Positions 13,108 to 25,950 of a DNA stretch of 64,000 nucleotides are shown here, in pieces. The DNA lies in NCBI GenBank assembly GCA_964016885.1, contig OZ024740.1, forward strand, positions 213,280,001 to 213,344,000, given 5' to 3'. Source of the DNA: Eledone cirrhosa. Lineage: Eukaryota. The translations under genes and the position numbers were made by a program. The notes below the pieces were generated by a model that searched no databases, had not been told where the DNA came from, and was given only the letters and a program-made list of their open reading frames with translations. The stretch's first letter is position 1; each line of letters begins with the position of its first letter.

Positions 13108-13892
13108 TTATGATAGAAGCCTCCTGTCTTATCATGAAGGGTCCCACTGAAAAACATAACATGCTGTCCAGTTCAGGAATCAAATCCATGATCTTATAAT
13201 CGGGAATCTATCACCCTAACTACCAGACCACAGAAAAATATTCACATTTGTGTCTACCCAAAAGTGTCAAAGAAGAGTAATACCAGTCTACCTGTTTACA
13301 ATATCAACTCCCTGTATAGTTGATATTTTGTTCTAATTTATCAGTTGAATGATAGGGATACTAAAGGTTGGGTATGAGAAAAGTTATAGCATTCAAACTG
13401 GCCTTGAATATGCACATTGAAATGGTTTCTCAGCACATTAGCTATACGTCAGATATCTGGTTTCATCTACATACCTACAACAGGTCAATAAATAAAACTT
13501 CATACTCTAATCCCATTCTATTTGTTCCCCACCCCCACATGCCTTTATTTATTTTTAACTATCATTTTCAAATTAATAAACAGAGGTTTATAATCAATAA
13601 AGTGAGTATTTTGCTAATGAAAATAAAATCCATAGTAAGGAGAGAAGCGAAACTTGACTGAAGGACTTCAATAGAGCTTTAGTTATAATATCCATCAGCA
13701 GGATTTAGCCACCTTTTATAGCAAACATGTTGACAAATGTTACAATGAAGGAACAGAGTATGAAAAGATTGGCAGTACAGCACGTGGCTGAAAAAAGACA
13801 ACACTCCCACACACTCATTTTTTACAAATGCCTAAATTAAAACTAAAAGCAAATTTGGAAACAGATAAACTGACTTTTAAAAGGTTGCTTAA

Positions 13893-14196
13893 CCCTTTAG
13901 CATTTAAACCAGCTGTTTCTGGCCAGAATTCTCTCACTTTTTTCTGTTCAAACCGGCCACTCATACCATCACTAACCCTTTAGCATTTGAACCAGGTATC
14001 CAGCCAGAATTCTCTCACCTTTTTCTGTTCAAACTGGTCATAACCGGCCACTTATACTGATGTTAAGGTATTGTTCACAAAATAAATAATATCAAAATCT
14101 CATAGATATCCCATATTATGTGAGATAATTATGTGAGGTAAAGCTTTCACTGCGAAAATACAATAGAAAATATAGAGTAATCTAAATGCTAAAGGG
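13893..14196. mobile_element. Intact piggyBac-type MITE
   Basis: Perfect 14-bp TIR CCCTTTAGCATTTA / TAAATGCTAAAGGG with TTAA on both sides; the left ~80 bp is tandemly duplicated. Confidence 0.88.
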
Positions 14197-15169
14197 TTAA
14201 ATCTAATAACTATGAAAATACTAAAATATTTCAAACATTATTTTGCTAATGAAACAATACTAGAGCAAAGAACTGTTCATATTAGATATCTCAGACAAAG
14301 ACAACAAGAAATATTATTCCTATGTAACTCATGCCAGCATGGAAAATATTTGTCACATATCAATGTAAAAATAAACCCAATAAAGTCAAAGAGAAAGTTA
14401 CAACTGCAACAATAAAGTTTGATTTTATTTACATAAGGTTGTGTATGTAAATATTTTTTAACAGTGAAATCATAAAACCAGGTTTGTTTAGAAAAATTAA
14501 CAATGTGTGCATATATGTGTGTGTGTGTGTGTGTGAGCATGTATATGTGTGCATATGTGTGTGTGTGTGTGTGTGTATATATGCATGTGTATATGTGTGT
14601 TTATATATGAGTATATATGTGTGAGAATATATAACTAATTATGCAAATGAAGGCAAATATATAACTGTGATATGAGCTTTATAAGCTACATGGGTTTGCT
14701 CTAAAAAAAAGTACTGAGAAAGTAAGGGGGGAGTATTGTGAGTTTTAACAAGCATGAATGGAAAGGCAAACACCCCCCTCTGCCTCCTCCTCCTCCTCCT
14801 CAGCCTACAACTTCACTACAATCTCCAGCTGCCACTTTAGAAGTAAACCTGAATTAAAGAAACTATCACCTGCTGCTGCTACTACTGCTATTGTTGTTGT
14901 TGTTGTTGCTGTAGACTGCTTTGGTTTCTATAAACCACATACATAGACAGTCTATGTGTTTTCCTTCTTTTTATTGTCAAGCAATAAAGGTTAGGGGAAG
15001 AGTTCCTAGGTTACACTTGGGAATAAGCATTCTTTCAACTCCAGATATAACACATCTACTATCTTGCTGGCTAGGTAGGCTACATGACAATAATGTAGAA
15101 AGCAAAGCTTATATTGTGGGGGTTATTTTAGCAAAGGGAGCAGGACACCATGCAGGAATAATAATAATA

Positions 15170-15575
15170 ATAATAATAATGATTTCTACTATAGGCACAT
15201 GGCCAGCAATTTGGGGGGAGGGGAAGGCTATAGACCTCCAGGCATTGGTACTTTATTTTATTGACCCGAAAGGATGAAAAGCAAAGTAGACCTTGGCGGG
15301 ATTTGAACTCAAGGTGTAAAGAACTGGAATAAATGCCCCAAAGTATTTTCTCCGACACTCTTACAATTCTACCAAACCACCGCCCGTTAATAATAACAAT
15401 TTCTACTATACGCACAAGGCCAGCAATTATAAGGGAAGGGAAAAGTCGATTAAATCAACTCAGTGCATTACTGGTACTTTATTTTATCGAGCCCATAAGA
15501 ATGAAAGGCAAAGCTAACCTCGGCAGGATTTGAACTCAGATCGTAAAGGGATGTAACTATATGTTGCAAAGCCAT
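15170..15575 (-). mobile_element. Two tandem SINE copies
   Basis: Each has a (TAA)n tail, TTTCTACTATAGGCACA.GGCCAGCAATT, TGGTACTTTATTTTAT, ATGAAAGGCAAAG and GATTTGAACTCA. Confidence 0.75.
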
Positions 15576-16149
15576 TTAATAATAATAATGGTTTCTTTAT
15601 TAGCCATGCAGAGCTGACATTAAACTTGACACAGAATGTTACAGTGTGGGTTTTTGTGTAAAAAAAGGTTATAACAAAAACTAAAAAACAAACATTTTAA
15701 AAAATCAAACAAAACAAATTCCGCATTAGTGGGGAGACTTTTGATGGTCATTTGTGGAGAAAGCCCACAAAAAGCCATGGTGACCCTAACAGTTGTCTTC
15801 CATTCTACAGGCATACACACACACAAAGCAGACCTATTTACTCGGGAAAAGCTCACCACTCTCACCCACCTTTCAGAAAACTGACTGGAAGGTAGCATTT
15901 CCCTCTCCACCCTGCTTTTCCTCTTCAAGTGAAACTTGACTTTACTGGGGAGGCTTAAAAAGGAGATCCATCTATAATTAGATCAATCTCTCGTCTCCCT
16001 TTTTGAAAATTTGATTATCACTCCTGATTGCAATTCCTTAGGTGCCTTTCCAGAGATCCAGGACACCCAGCACACATGAGAAGGGTCTACTCGATAGAGC
16101 GTGTAGCTCGGAGATCAGAGAGTCGGTCCAGGTAGAGCTGCTATTTCTC

Positions 16150-16400
16150 TGAATTGAGAGACCACAGCTCTGATACTATGGTCATATGGTTAGAATGTCT
16201 CAGGAAAGAATCACTGGGCAGATTTTACGGGCAAAACCAACCAGCAGGATACCCAGGGGTAGACCCCGAGCAAGATGGTTGGATAACATCCATGAGCTGG
16301 ATCAATTGGAGGTGGCTACTTCTGACAGGACCTGCTGAAAGGAGTGTTTTAGGACTCTGCCCCCACGACCCTCTCAGGAATAAGTGGGCAAAGAAGTTAA
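16150..16400 (+). mobile_element. RTE-type C-terminal fragment nested in the Tx1 relic
   Basis: Translates YYGHMVRMSQERITGQILRAKPTSRIPRGRPRARWLDNI. Confidence 0.65.
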
Positions 16401-17526
16401 ACTTGAAAAAGTTAATCAGTGTTTTGCCAAAGAAGAAAGTGATTATCTTCAAACTTTTCAAATGTCTACCACATGACTTCTTTCACAACAACCACTGCTT
16501 GTCCTTCCCCTCTAAAGGAGACAGCAGGTGTTGAACATAAGTGAGTAATATTTGGACACTGGACAAGTATGTGCAAGACAGTTTTGTCATCCTGCGCGCA
16601 TCTCAGACAGGCCCAACTGACAGCACTTCCATGCCTAAGAGTTTATCTTGAACTAGCAATGCTTCCTGGTAGTTATCCACAAGCTCTAGACTAAAAGTCC
16701 CCCAGAAAAGAGTGGCTAATTAATTTTTATCCGTTTCCACAGTGTCGTCAAGAATGTCATCACTTTTAGCTGCCTCTAACCCTCTATAGAACGCCAAAGT
16801 AGAGTTTCCACCTACTGTACTGCTTAATTGGCAGAGGGCTGTAAGTGCTTGAAGATATGTCAGTTTCCAAGTGCTCACTCTCAGTCTTCGCTTGACCCAG
16901 GTTTGTAGCTCCTTCAAGATGAGCTGACAAAACGTGTCTAGCAAACAACTACCACAGCTGTTCATCGTTAACAAAAAGCCAGAGATCAAGTAGCCTCAGC
17001 ACATATTTGCACATCAGCCACGGCATGCCCAGTTCTCCACACAGCAAATGGACCACCTGGCGAGTGGAGCACATCCTTTCCACAAAAAATGAAAGAGAAA
17101 AAACCTTCCAGTGTTGTGAGATGAGGAGCAAGAAAAAGTGTGATGGTCAGGCAGCAGTAGATGACGGACGTGATGTACGTGTTCGCCACTTTTTCCAAAC
17201 CTTTCAGGAATAAATTTTACTCGGCCCATTTCTGGGTGAAAGTGACCACCCTGCTTGTTACCTTGTGTTAGTTTTTGTTCATCTGGAGGTCTGAACAATT
17301 TAACCGGTCAAGACGTCCAGTGCCCGACGATGTTATTGGATAGTGTGGATCTCCTTTTCTAGGTGCCATGCCACAGGCCCACCAACTTGGTAATTTTCTC
17401 TCATTACTGCTTCGTTACTCCCTGAGAGCGGTGCTGATCACCTCAATGTGTTTGGTGTTCAACACCCTATACGGACACATATCTCCAAACATCCTAGTTC
17501 ACACGCGATGCCCCTCAATATCTCTA

Positions 17527-18271
17527 ATTAGTGCAGTATTAGCTCAAGAGTTAGTGCAGTAGTGGCTCAAGAGTTAGTGCAGTAGTGGTTCAAGAGTTAG
17601 TGCAGTAATGGCTCGAGAGTTAGTGCAGTAGTGGTTCGAGAGTTAGTGCAATAGTGGCTCAAGAGTTAATGCAGTAGTGGCTCAAGAGTTAGTGCAGTAG
17701 TGGTTCAAGAGTTAGTGCAGTAGTGGTTCAAGAGTTAGTGCAGTAGTGGTTCATGAGTTAGTGCAGTAGTGGCTCAAGAGTTAGTGCAGTAGTGGTTTAA
17801 GAGTTAGTGCAGTAGTGGCTCAAGAGTTAGTGCAGTAGTGGCTCAAGAGTTAGTGCAGTAGTGGCTCAAGAGTTAGTGCAGTAGTGGCTCAAGAGTTAGT
17901 GCAGTAGTGGCTCAAGAGTTAGTTCAGTAGTGGCTCAAGAGTTAGTGCAGTAGTGGCTCAAGAATTAGTGCAGTAGTGGCTCAAGAGTTAGTGCAGTAGT
18001 GGCTCAAGAGTTAGTGCAGTAGTGGCTCAAGAGTTAGTGCAGTAGTGGCTCAAGAATTAGTGCAGTAGTGGCTCAAGAGTTAATGCAGTAGTGGCTCAAG
18101 AGTTAGTGCAGTAGTGGCTCAAGAGTTAGTGCAGTAGTGGCTTAAGAGTTAGTGCAGTAGTGGCTTAAGAGTTAGTGCAGTAGTGGCTCAAGAGTTAGTG
18201 CAGTAGTGGCTTAAGAGTTAGTGCAGTAGTGGCTTAAGAGTTAGTGCAGTAGTGGCTCAAGAGTTAGTGCA
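17527..18271. repeat. 23-bp minisatellite, about 32 copies
   Basis: Unit GAGTTAGTGCAGTAGTGGCTCAA. Confidence 0.96.
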
Positions 18272-19542
18272 TACAACAGGGATGAAAGAGGAGAACATTG
18301 GTGAACCAAGCGCATGATGTTGAACAGTTCTGAGAGGTGGCCATTCACTCTGACCACAGAGCAGATGTCACTGCGCATTGCAGTCATCCATTCTTTGAAA
18401 ACAGGTCAAAAGCCAGCTGCCTTCATAATTGCCACCAGGTATTGATGGTTGACCCTATCGAAAGTTTTCAATTGATCTAAGTTAGTCTAGGCCCCAACAA
18501 TGCCAGGTTCCATAGCCACCTTCTCTATGATGTATCACGGAAGGTGGAGGTTGTCATGGATGGATATTTTCGGAATGGCACATGTCTATGGTTCCCAACC
18601 AGACCATTGCCAAGTTCAACTTCCAGTGTGGACTGGAGAATTGGGTGGGGGAGGTGCATGGATATGGCTTGTGTGGGGTGTTGGTATCATGTCATATATA
18701 TATATCAGGTTTCTATCTGGATTCAAAACTGGAAACTCTTCATTTGATGTCACAGTGTATGTAGAAAAGCATCTAATGTCAGAGAATAAACTGCAACTAA
18801 ATAAACAACAAATGATTTTTTTTTTTTTTTAAATATACAACAGGTGCTTTTTCTATTCAACAAAAGTGACAGGTGATTTTGTTGTCCAAACACAGCCATG
18901 CATGATTTCTCAGAACTACATAAAGCTAAAGACATCAGATGACACTATAAGTTTAACAACATGTAAAGTTGCTGGTGCGATGATAAAAAGCCCCCCCGAT
19001 ACATGCTGTGGTTACCAAGGAAATGGGTATCAAACAATAGAAACCATGGAATGTATGGTCAAGACACAGTGATTTAACTGATCTAGCCTATTTACACTCT
19101 GTACACTACAGCTGTAACACTGGAATACAACCCAAATGAAACGGACCTCATAACACTCAGTGCTTTGAACAGCACGCTGCCTGTAACTGCTGTTATACAC
19201 CTAACTAATACACACATACACACACATATACATATATATGTATGTATATGTATATATATCAAATCATTAAGATTCACAGAGATGATGAAGGAATGCGACA
19301 AGTGGGGGGAGGCCAAGCTGAGAAGGACCTAACCAAACCATGCAAGCATGGAAAAAAGGATGTAAAAACAATGATGGTGATGACGATATATATATATATG
19401 TTCATTGGCCTTTCACATATCAATTTTTTCACATAATTGTGTTCACATCTGACGATTTATCTGGCAATCAATGTTTATCATTGATTGACCAACGGTTAAA
19501 AATCCAGATTTAAATATATATATATAGTCTATGAATGTATGT

Positions 19543-21482
19543 GAACTCCTCTGTTATAGCCTGAAGGGCAATAATAAATAGGAGGGGGCTAAGGACAAAG
19601 CCTCAATGAACACCAACTTTTACACTAAATTCTTCACTATATTCGTTGTTAATTCTAACCTTGCTGACTGTTTCTTTATACATGGCTTGTATAGCTCTCA
19701 CAAGCCATTCATCAACACCTAGTTTTCTAAGAGCCCACCAGATAATGGAGCGGGTGAATCTGTCAAAGGCTTTCTCCAAGTCAACAAAAGCTAAGTATAG
19801 GGGTTTACTTTTAGCTAGGTACTTCTCCTGTAGTTGTCGTACAAGGTAAAGAGCGTCTGTGGTACTTTTACCTGACACAAACCCAAACTGCATTTCCTCT
19901 AGATCAATTCGCTCTCTGATTAATTGCGCTTTAACTCTTTCTGTGACCTTCATGACCTGGTCAACTAATTTAATGCCTCTATAGTTTCCCCTATCTAGGG
20001 CATCTCCTTTACTCTTGTAGCAGTTAATGATGATGCTGCTACGCCAGTCATTTGGTATGACCCCATTCTGTATGACTTGGTTTACTATCTGGGTAACCAT
20101 AGTGTGTCCCACCATTCCAGATGCTTTCAGCATTTCAGCAACTATCTCCGAAGGCCCAGCTGCCTTGCCTGTCTTCATATCTTTGATTGCCTTACTTATT
20201 ATACTACCTTTAACTTGCACTACTGGTCCCTCTATTGGATTGATTTGGGGCAGACTATCTTTTTCCCATTTATTCACCTCATTTAGTAGTCTCTCGTAGT
20301 GACACTTCCAAGCTACCTTCTTATCAGCATCAGTGATGGCAAGTACACCATCATTATTACGAACACACTTCTCCCCGACAATATCACGTTTTCCTTGACA
20401 CATTGTCTTGTGATCCTGAACACCTCACATTGTAGAACATGCTTGAACTTTCTTTCCTCTGCTTCCCTTCTTGCAAAGTACACTTGTCTCCTAGCTTCTC
20501 TCCTGGCCACTTGATAGTGTTCTCTACTTCCTGCCATACTTTCCAAGCCTGCTTTTTGGCCTTGATTGACTCCGCCACCTTACTGTTCTACCACCAAGTT
20601 ACTCTCCTCCTGCCTATAGGTCTGCTCCAGCCACAGATTTCATCTGTTGCCTTCAGCAGGTTAACTTTCAGGAATTTCCACTGTTTCTCTATAGTGTACG
20701 TCTCTAATTGCTCTTCCTTACTGTCAAAAGCATCAAGTAATATGCTTTTAAATTTGTTACTGGCTTTGGGGTCCTTTAACTTCCATATTCTTCTCCTCAG
20801 GGTAGTCCTCCTCTGTTGTCGAGTACGTCTAGTCCTGACTATGAGGTCACTAACTATGAGGCTATGTTGGGAGGTGCATTCTTCACCAGGGAGGGATTTA
20901 GTGTTTACGACAGACACACTACCATGTCTTCTGGTAAGGATATAATCTATCTGACTGGCGTGTTCCCCTGATCTATAGGTGATCAAGTGATTGTCTCATT
21001 TTTTGAAGTTTGTGTTACAGATAGTTAGGTTATTAGCATCACAGAATTCCAGGATTCTGAAGCCTTCCTCATTTCTAGTACCAAACCCATAGCCACCATG
21101 GATTCCGTCATAGCCGTCACAATGTTGACCAACATGACCATTTAGGTCGCCAGCAATAATTATGTAGTCACTGTCGGTTATTTGGGAGGTAGTGAGCATT
21201 AGCGACTCATAGAATCTTTCTTTTATAACGCCAGGTAGTCCAGATTGGGGTGCATCAGCGGATATTATTGTCACAGTAGTTCTGTTTAGGACTAGTCTTA
21301 TTTTAATTATTCTGTCGTTCACTCTATTTACGGCAATTACCATATCTACCCATTTATCTGCTAACATGATTCCTACTCCACCCAGCCCATTGTCATTTCC
21401 CACCCAGAAAATTTTATAGCATCGCTTTTTACCCACAATGAATCTAGCAGACCCAGCCCTCCACCTAGTCTCTTGAACACAA
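19543..21482 (-). mobile_element. RTE LINE endonuclease-RT segment (inverted part of a composite insertion), degraded
   Basis: ORF pieces CVQETRW, AGDLNGHVG, SQIDYIL, FVDLEKAFDR, VKVGVH, ending at ..QAITEEF; stops and frameshifts. Confidence 0.93.
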
Positions 21483-22143
21483 TAGTAATATACGCTAACA
21501 GCAAAGCATAAATGAACTAAGTGAACTCGAGAGAAGACTGTTGGTATGGTCACGTGATGCACATGAAAGACGACAGTTGTATAAAAATGCAGGGCGATCA
21601 AAATTGATGGAAGTTACGGAGTAGGTAGACCCTGAAAAACCTGGGACGATTTGATAAATTCCGATCTTACAACTTACACCTCTCTAAGACAATGTCACTG
21701 GACCGAGATCTTTGGCGCTACGCAGAAATACAGAAGACCCGCCTTGCCTATGTACAAAGCGAAACCTAGTCAGTAGGCACCACTTAACCAAATATACACC
21801 CCATCCCACTACCCCTACGCCACCCACCCACTCCCATCAAAACTACCCATTTCTCTGTAAAGTTATGTTGGTACATCCAGTTCAAAATAAATGAGGTCGT
21901 GTAGGTGTCACATAAAAAAAACACAACAGTCCACGCTGTAATGTGACCGTGTAGGTAACACGGTAAAAACCTCCCAGTACACACTGTAAATGTGGTTGGT
22001 GTTAGGAAGGGCACCCAGCCGTAGAAAACCTGCCAGACAGTCCTATACGAGCGAGACATGGTCACTCAACCAATCTTGCCTCAAGTAGGACAATTCCCAT
22101 CTAAACCCATGCTAGCATGGAAGATAAGCGTTAAACGATGATG
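21480..22143 (+). mobile_element. RTE family B 3' segment with 3'UTR and tail
   Basis: Colinear with 24630-25335; ends CCCATGCTAGCATGGAA..CGTTAAACGATGATG. Confidence 0.88.
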
Positions 22144-22830
22144 TATAGTATATTTGGCAATATACCGTATGTTTAATTAAAAACGTTTAGAAGACCATAC
22201 GCTATCGGTTTTAAAGTAGTGACTATGTCACTTTTCGGAGAAAAGGAGAGAAGGGCGAGAAGCTGACAGTCTGTTTCACACTGGTTAGCGGTCATCAGAG
22301 CTACGCACCACCCTGCTTCCGCCGAAAATTATAGGAGCTGGATTTTTATAGAATTCCAGTAATAATCAGGAGCTGATTATACAGAGTGATTGCCGGTCCA
22401 GCAAAAATTAAGTATTAGGATTGGTGCTCTGAAATAGGGATGAATACATGAATGTATGTATAGTATATTTGGCAATATACCGTAAATTTAATTTAAAACA
22501 CTTAAAAGACCATATGCTATCAGTTTTAAAGTAGTGACTATGTCACTTCTTTTCGGCAAAAGAAGGGAGAAGCTGACAGTCTGTTTCACGCTGGTTGGCG
22601 TTCAGCAAAGCGACGTACTCCCCTGCTTTCGACAAAATTTATAAAACCTGGATTCAACCAGCGTGAAACAGACTATCAGCTTCTCTCCCTTCATTCGCCG
22701 AAAAGAAGTGACATAGTCACTGCTTTAAAACTGATAGCGTTATGGTCTTCTTAATGTTTTTAATTAAACATACTATACATACATTCATTATACATCCCTA
22801 TTTCAGAGCAACAATCCTAATACTTAATAT
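22144..22830. repeat. Unclassified repeat with direct (22144-22330 / 22460-22650) and inverted (22655-22828) internal duplications
   Basis: AAAGTAGTGACTATGTCACTT and GAGAAGCTGACAGTCTGTTTCAC occur twice forward and once reverse-complemented. Confidence 0.75.
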
Positions 22831-22850
22831 ATATATATATATATATATAT

Positions 22851-23162
22851 ATCTAAATCCAAAATTACGATAAAATGAATTAAATGAATTTAATCGAAAT
22901 CGAAATTATGGGTGTCATGTCATAATGCATGCGCCATATATCCTGGGAATTTAAGCTCAAAGATAAATCTGAGCATATTATATCCTGTGATTATTCATGT
23001 ATATTTATATGTTAATCAACCTATAGTTATTATAATATGCTCAGATTTATCTTTGAGCTTAAATTCCCAGGATATATGGTGCATGCATTATGACATGACA
23101 CCCATAATTTCGATTTAGATTAAATTCATTTAATTCATTTTATCGTAATTTTGGATTTAGAT
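22851..23162. repeat. Foldback: ~130-bp near-perfect inverted arms with ~55-bp spacer, flanked by (TA)n
   Basis: ATCTAAATCCAAAATTACGATAAAATG...GATAAATCTGAGCATATTA versus its reverse complement at 23035-23162. Confidence 0.9.
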
Positions 23163-23562
23163 ATATATATACGGTTCCTTAATTGTAGAGCTATTTCTGT
23201 TGAAGAGTATTTGACTGCTATTTCTAGTTGTCGAATACCTATTCACGCCACTGAAACGAAACCGCTATCTTGTGTGGACGCAACATGTGGTGACGGCTAG
23301 TTGAAGATTTGAACTCACTCTGTAAGGACGAATAGCTGGATAATATTACACTTTCCTTGTTGACAATCCAATAATATCCACTATCTGTGACTTACCATCT
23401 GATTAATTGGTGAAATATATTTCTTTAATGGGATATATACAAGGAAAGGTTAATCACTCTTAAAGGTAAATATTACCTATACTAGCTATGCGTGGTTACA
23501 CACGAGTAAAAATTATCTCCTGTGATTATTCATGTATATTTATATGTTAATCAACCTCTAGT

Positions 23563-23617
<55 letters not shown>

Positions 23618-23636
23618 TACATATATTTATATATAC

Positions 23637-24108
23637 ATCATCATCATTTTTCGTCCGCTTTTCCCTGCTTGCAAGGGTGGGACGGGTCTTATTCAGCACA
23701 GCATCTCTCCACTTGTCATGGTCCTTCGTCATCTCCACCGTGAGCTTCTGCGATCTGAGGTCTGTTCTCACCACCTCCGCCCATGTTTTTCGTGGTCTAC
23801 CTCTACCACGTCTTCCTTCAACTGCCATTTCCTGGCACTTCTTCACCCATCGGTCATCCTCCATGCGCATTACATGTCCATACCACCTCAGTCTCCTCTC
23901 TCGCACACTACATTCTATCCCTCTCAGACAGTTTCTCTCTCAACACATTCATGCTGGGTTGTTCACGCACGTTGACATTGCACATCCAAAGGAGCATGTT
24001 TGCCTCATTTCTCTCCAGCTGTCGCATATCCTCTGCAGTTGCTGCCCATGTCTCACTATGATGCAGCATCGCGCTCCTCACACAGGTATCATACAACCGG
24101 CCTTTCGT
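23637..24108 (-). mobile_element. RTE family A 3' fragment
   Basis: Highly similar to 6190-6663 ([22 protein letters not shown]); (CAT)n tail. Confidence 0.92.
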
Positions 24109-24268
24109 ACGCTTATTTATTTACAGTCTAACAATTGTTTCTATGATAGAGTTGTCTAAAAATTGCTAATGTTATATATATATGTATATACCCGTCTAAC
24201 CCATGCTAGCGTGGAAGAACGGACGTAAAACGGTGATGATGATGATGATGATACATATATATATATAC

Positions 24269-24299
<31 letters not shown>

Positions 24300-24314
24300 C
24301 ATACATATATATAT

Positions 24315-24364
<50 letters not shown>

Positions 24365-24368
<4 letters not shown>

Positions 24369-25335
24369 CTTCCGTTACCTGGGTGACAAAATCAGCAGTG
24401 GGGGAGGGTGCTCTGAAAGTACAGTAGCTAGAGTCAGAACTGGATGGAAAAAGTTCAGAGAGCTTATACCACTATTAGCCGCTAGAGGGTTCTCCCTAAA
24501 AATGAAAGGCAGGTTATACGATGCCTGCATACGAACAGCAATGCTGCATGGCAGTGAGACCTGGGCATTGTGTGCAGAGGATATACGCAGACTAGAGAGG
24601 AACGAAGCTTGCATGCTCCGCTGGATGTGCAATAGTAATATACGTGAACGGCAAAGCATAAACGAACTAAGGAAAAAATTAGAAATAAGAGGGATCAGAT
24701 GTTGTTTACTCGAGAGAAGGCTACGTTGGTACGGTCACGTGATGCGCATGAAAGACGACAGCTGTATAACAAAGTGCAGGGCAATAAAGATAGACGGTAG
24801 CCACGGAGAAGGCAGACCCAGAAAAGCCTGGGACGACATGATAAATTCCGACCTCACACGCTTACACCTCTCCAAGACAATGTCACTGGACCGAGACCTT
24901 TGGCGGTACTCAGTAATAGAGAAGACCCGCCTTACCTAAATACAAAGTAAAAACCTACTACAGTCAGTAGGCATCTCTATCAAAACACACCCCCGTCCCA
25001 CCACCTCCACCCCATCCACACCGCCCCTTTCAATGTAAAGTTATGTTGGTCCCACAACATCCAGGCCGAAACAAATGAGATCGTGTAGGTGTCACAACAA
25101 AAAAACACACAGTCCACGCTGTAAATGTGGCCGTGTAGGCAACACGGTAAAAACCTCCCAGCCCAACACTGTAAATGTGGTTGGTGTTAGGAAGGGCATC
25201 CAGCTGTAGAAAACCCGCCAGACAGTCCTATGCGAGCAAGACAAACACTCTTGCCTCAAGTGAGAAAACCCCCGTCCAAACCCATGCAAGCGTGGAACAC
25301 GGACGCTAAACCCGATGATGATGATGATGATGATG

Positions 25336-25336
<1 letters not shown>
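24365..25336 (+). mobile_element. RTE family B 3' fragment (C-terminal domain plus ~400-bp 3'UTR)
   Basis: [68 protein letters not shown]; (GAT)n tail. Confidence 0.93.
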
Positions 25337-25369
<33 letters not shown>

Positions 25370-25393
25370 ACATACATATATATATATATATAC

Positions 25394-25424
<31 letters not shown>

Positions 25425-25509
25425 CATATATATACATATATACATATATATATATACATACATATATATATATACATACATATAGATACATATATATATA
25501 CATACATAC

Positions 25510-25560
<51 letters not shown>

Positions 25561-25658
25561 TATATACATATATATATATACATATATATATATACATATA
25601 TATATATACATATATATATATACATATATATATATACATACATACATATATATACATA

Positions 25659-25690
<32 letters not shown>

Positions 25691-25719
25691 CATATATATA
25701 CATATATATATATACATAC

Positions 25720-25766
<47 letters not shown>

Positions 25767-25779
25767 GATACATATATAT

Positions 25780-25816
<37 letters not shown>

Positions 25817-25837
25817 GATACATATATACATACATAC

Positions 25838-25868
<31 letters not shown>

Positions 25869-25893
25869 CATACATACATATATATATATATAC

Positions 25894-25949
<56 letters not shown>

Positions 25950-25950
25950 A

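Larger units (their letters stand above)
15577..18560 (-). mobile_element. Degenerate Tx1/L1-clade LINE (RT to 3' end)
   Basis: Minus-strand remnants NLDQLKTFDRVNHQYLVAI (~18430-18485), LLYALTLEPLL, KVANTYITSVIY, GELGMP; AATAAA and a (TTA)n-like end near 15580-15600; many stops and frameshifts. Confidence 0.72.
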
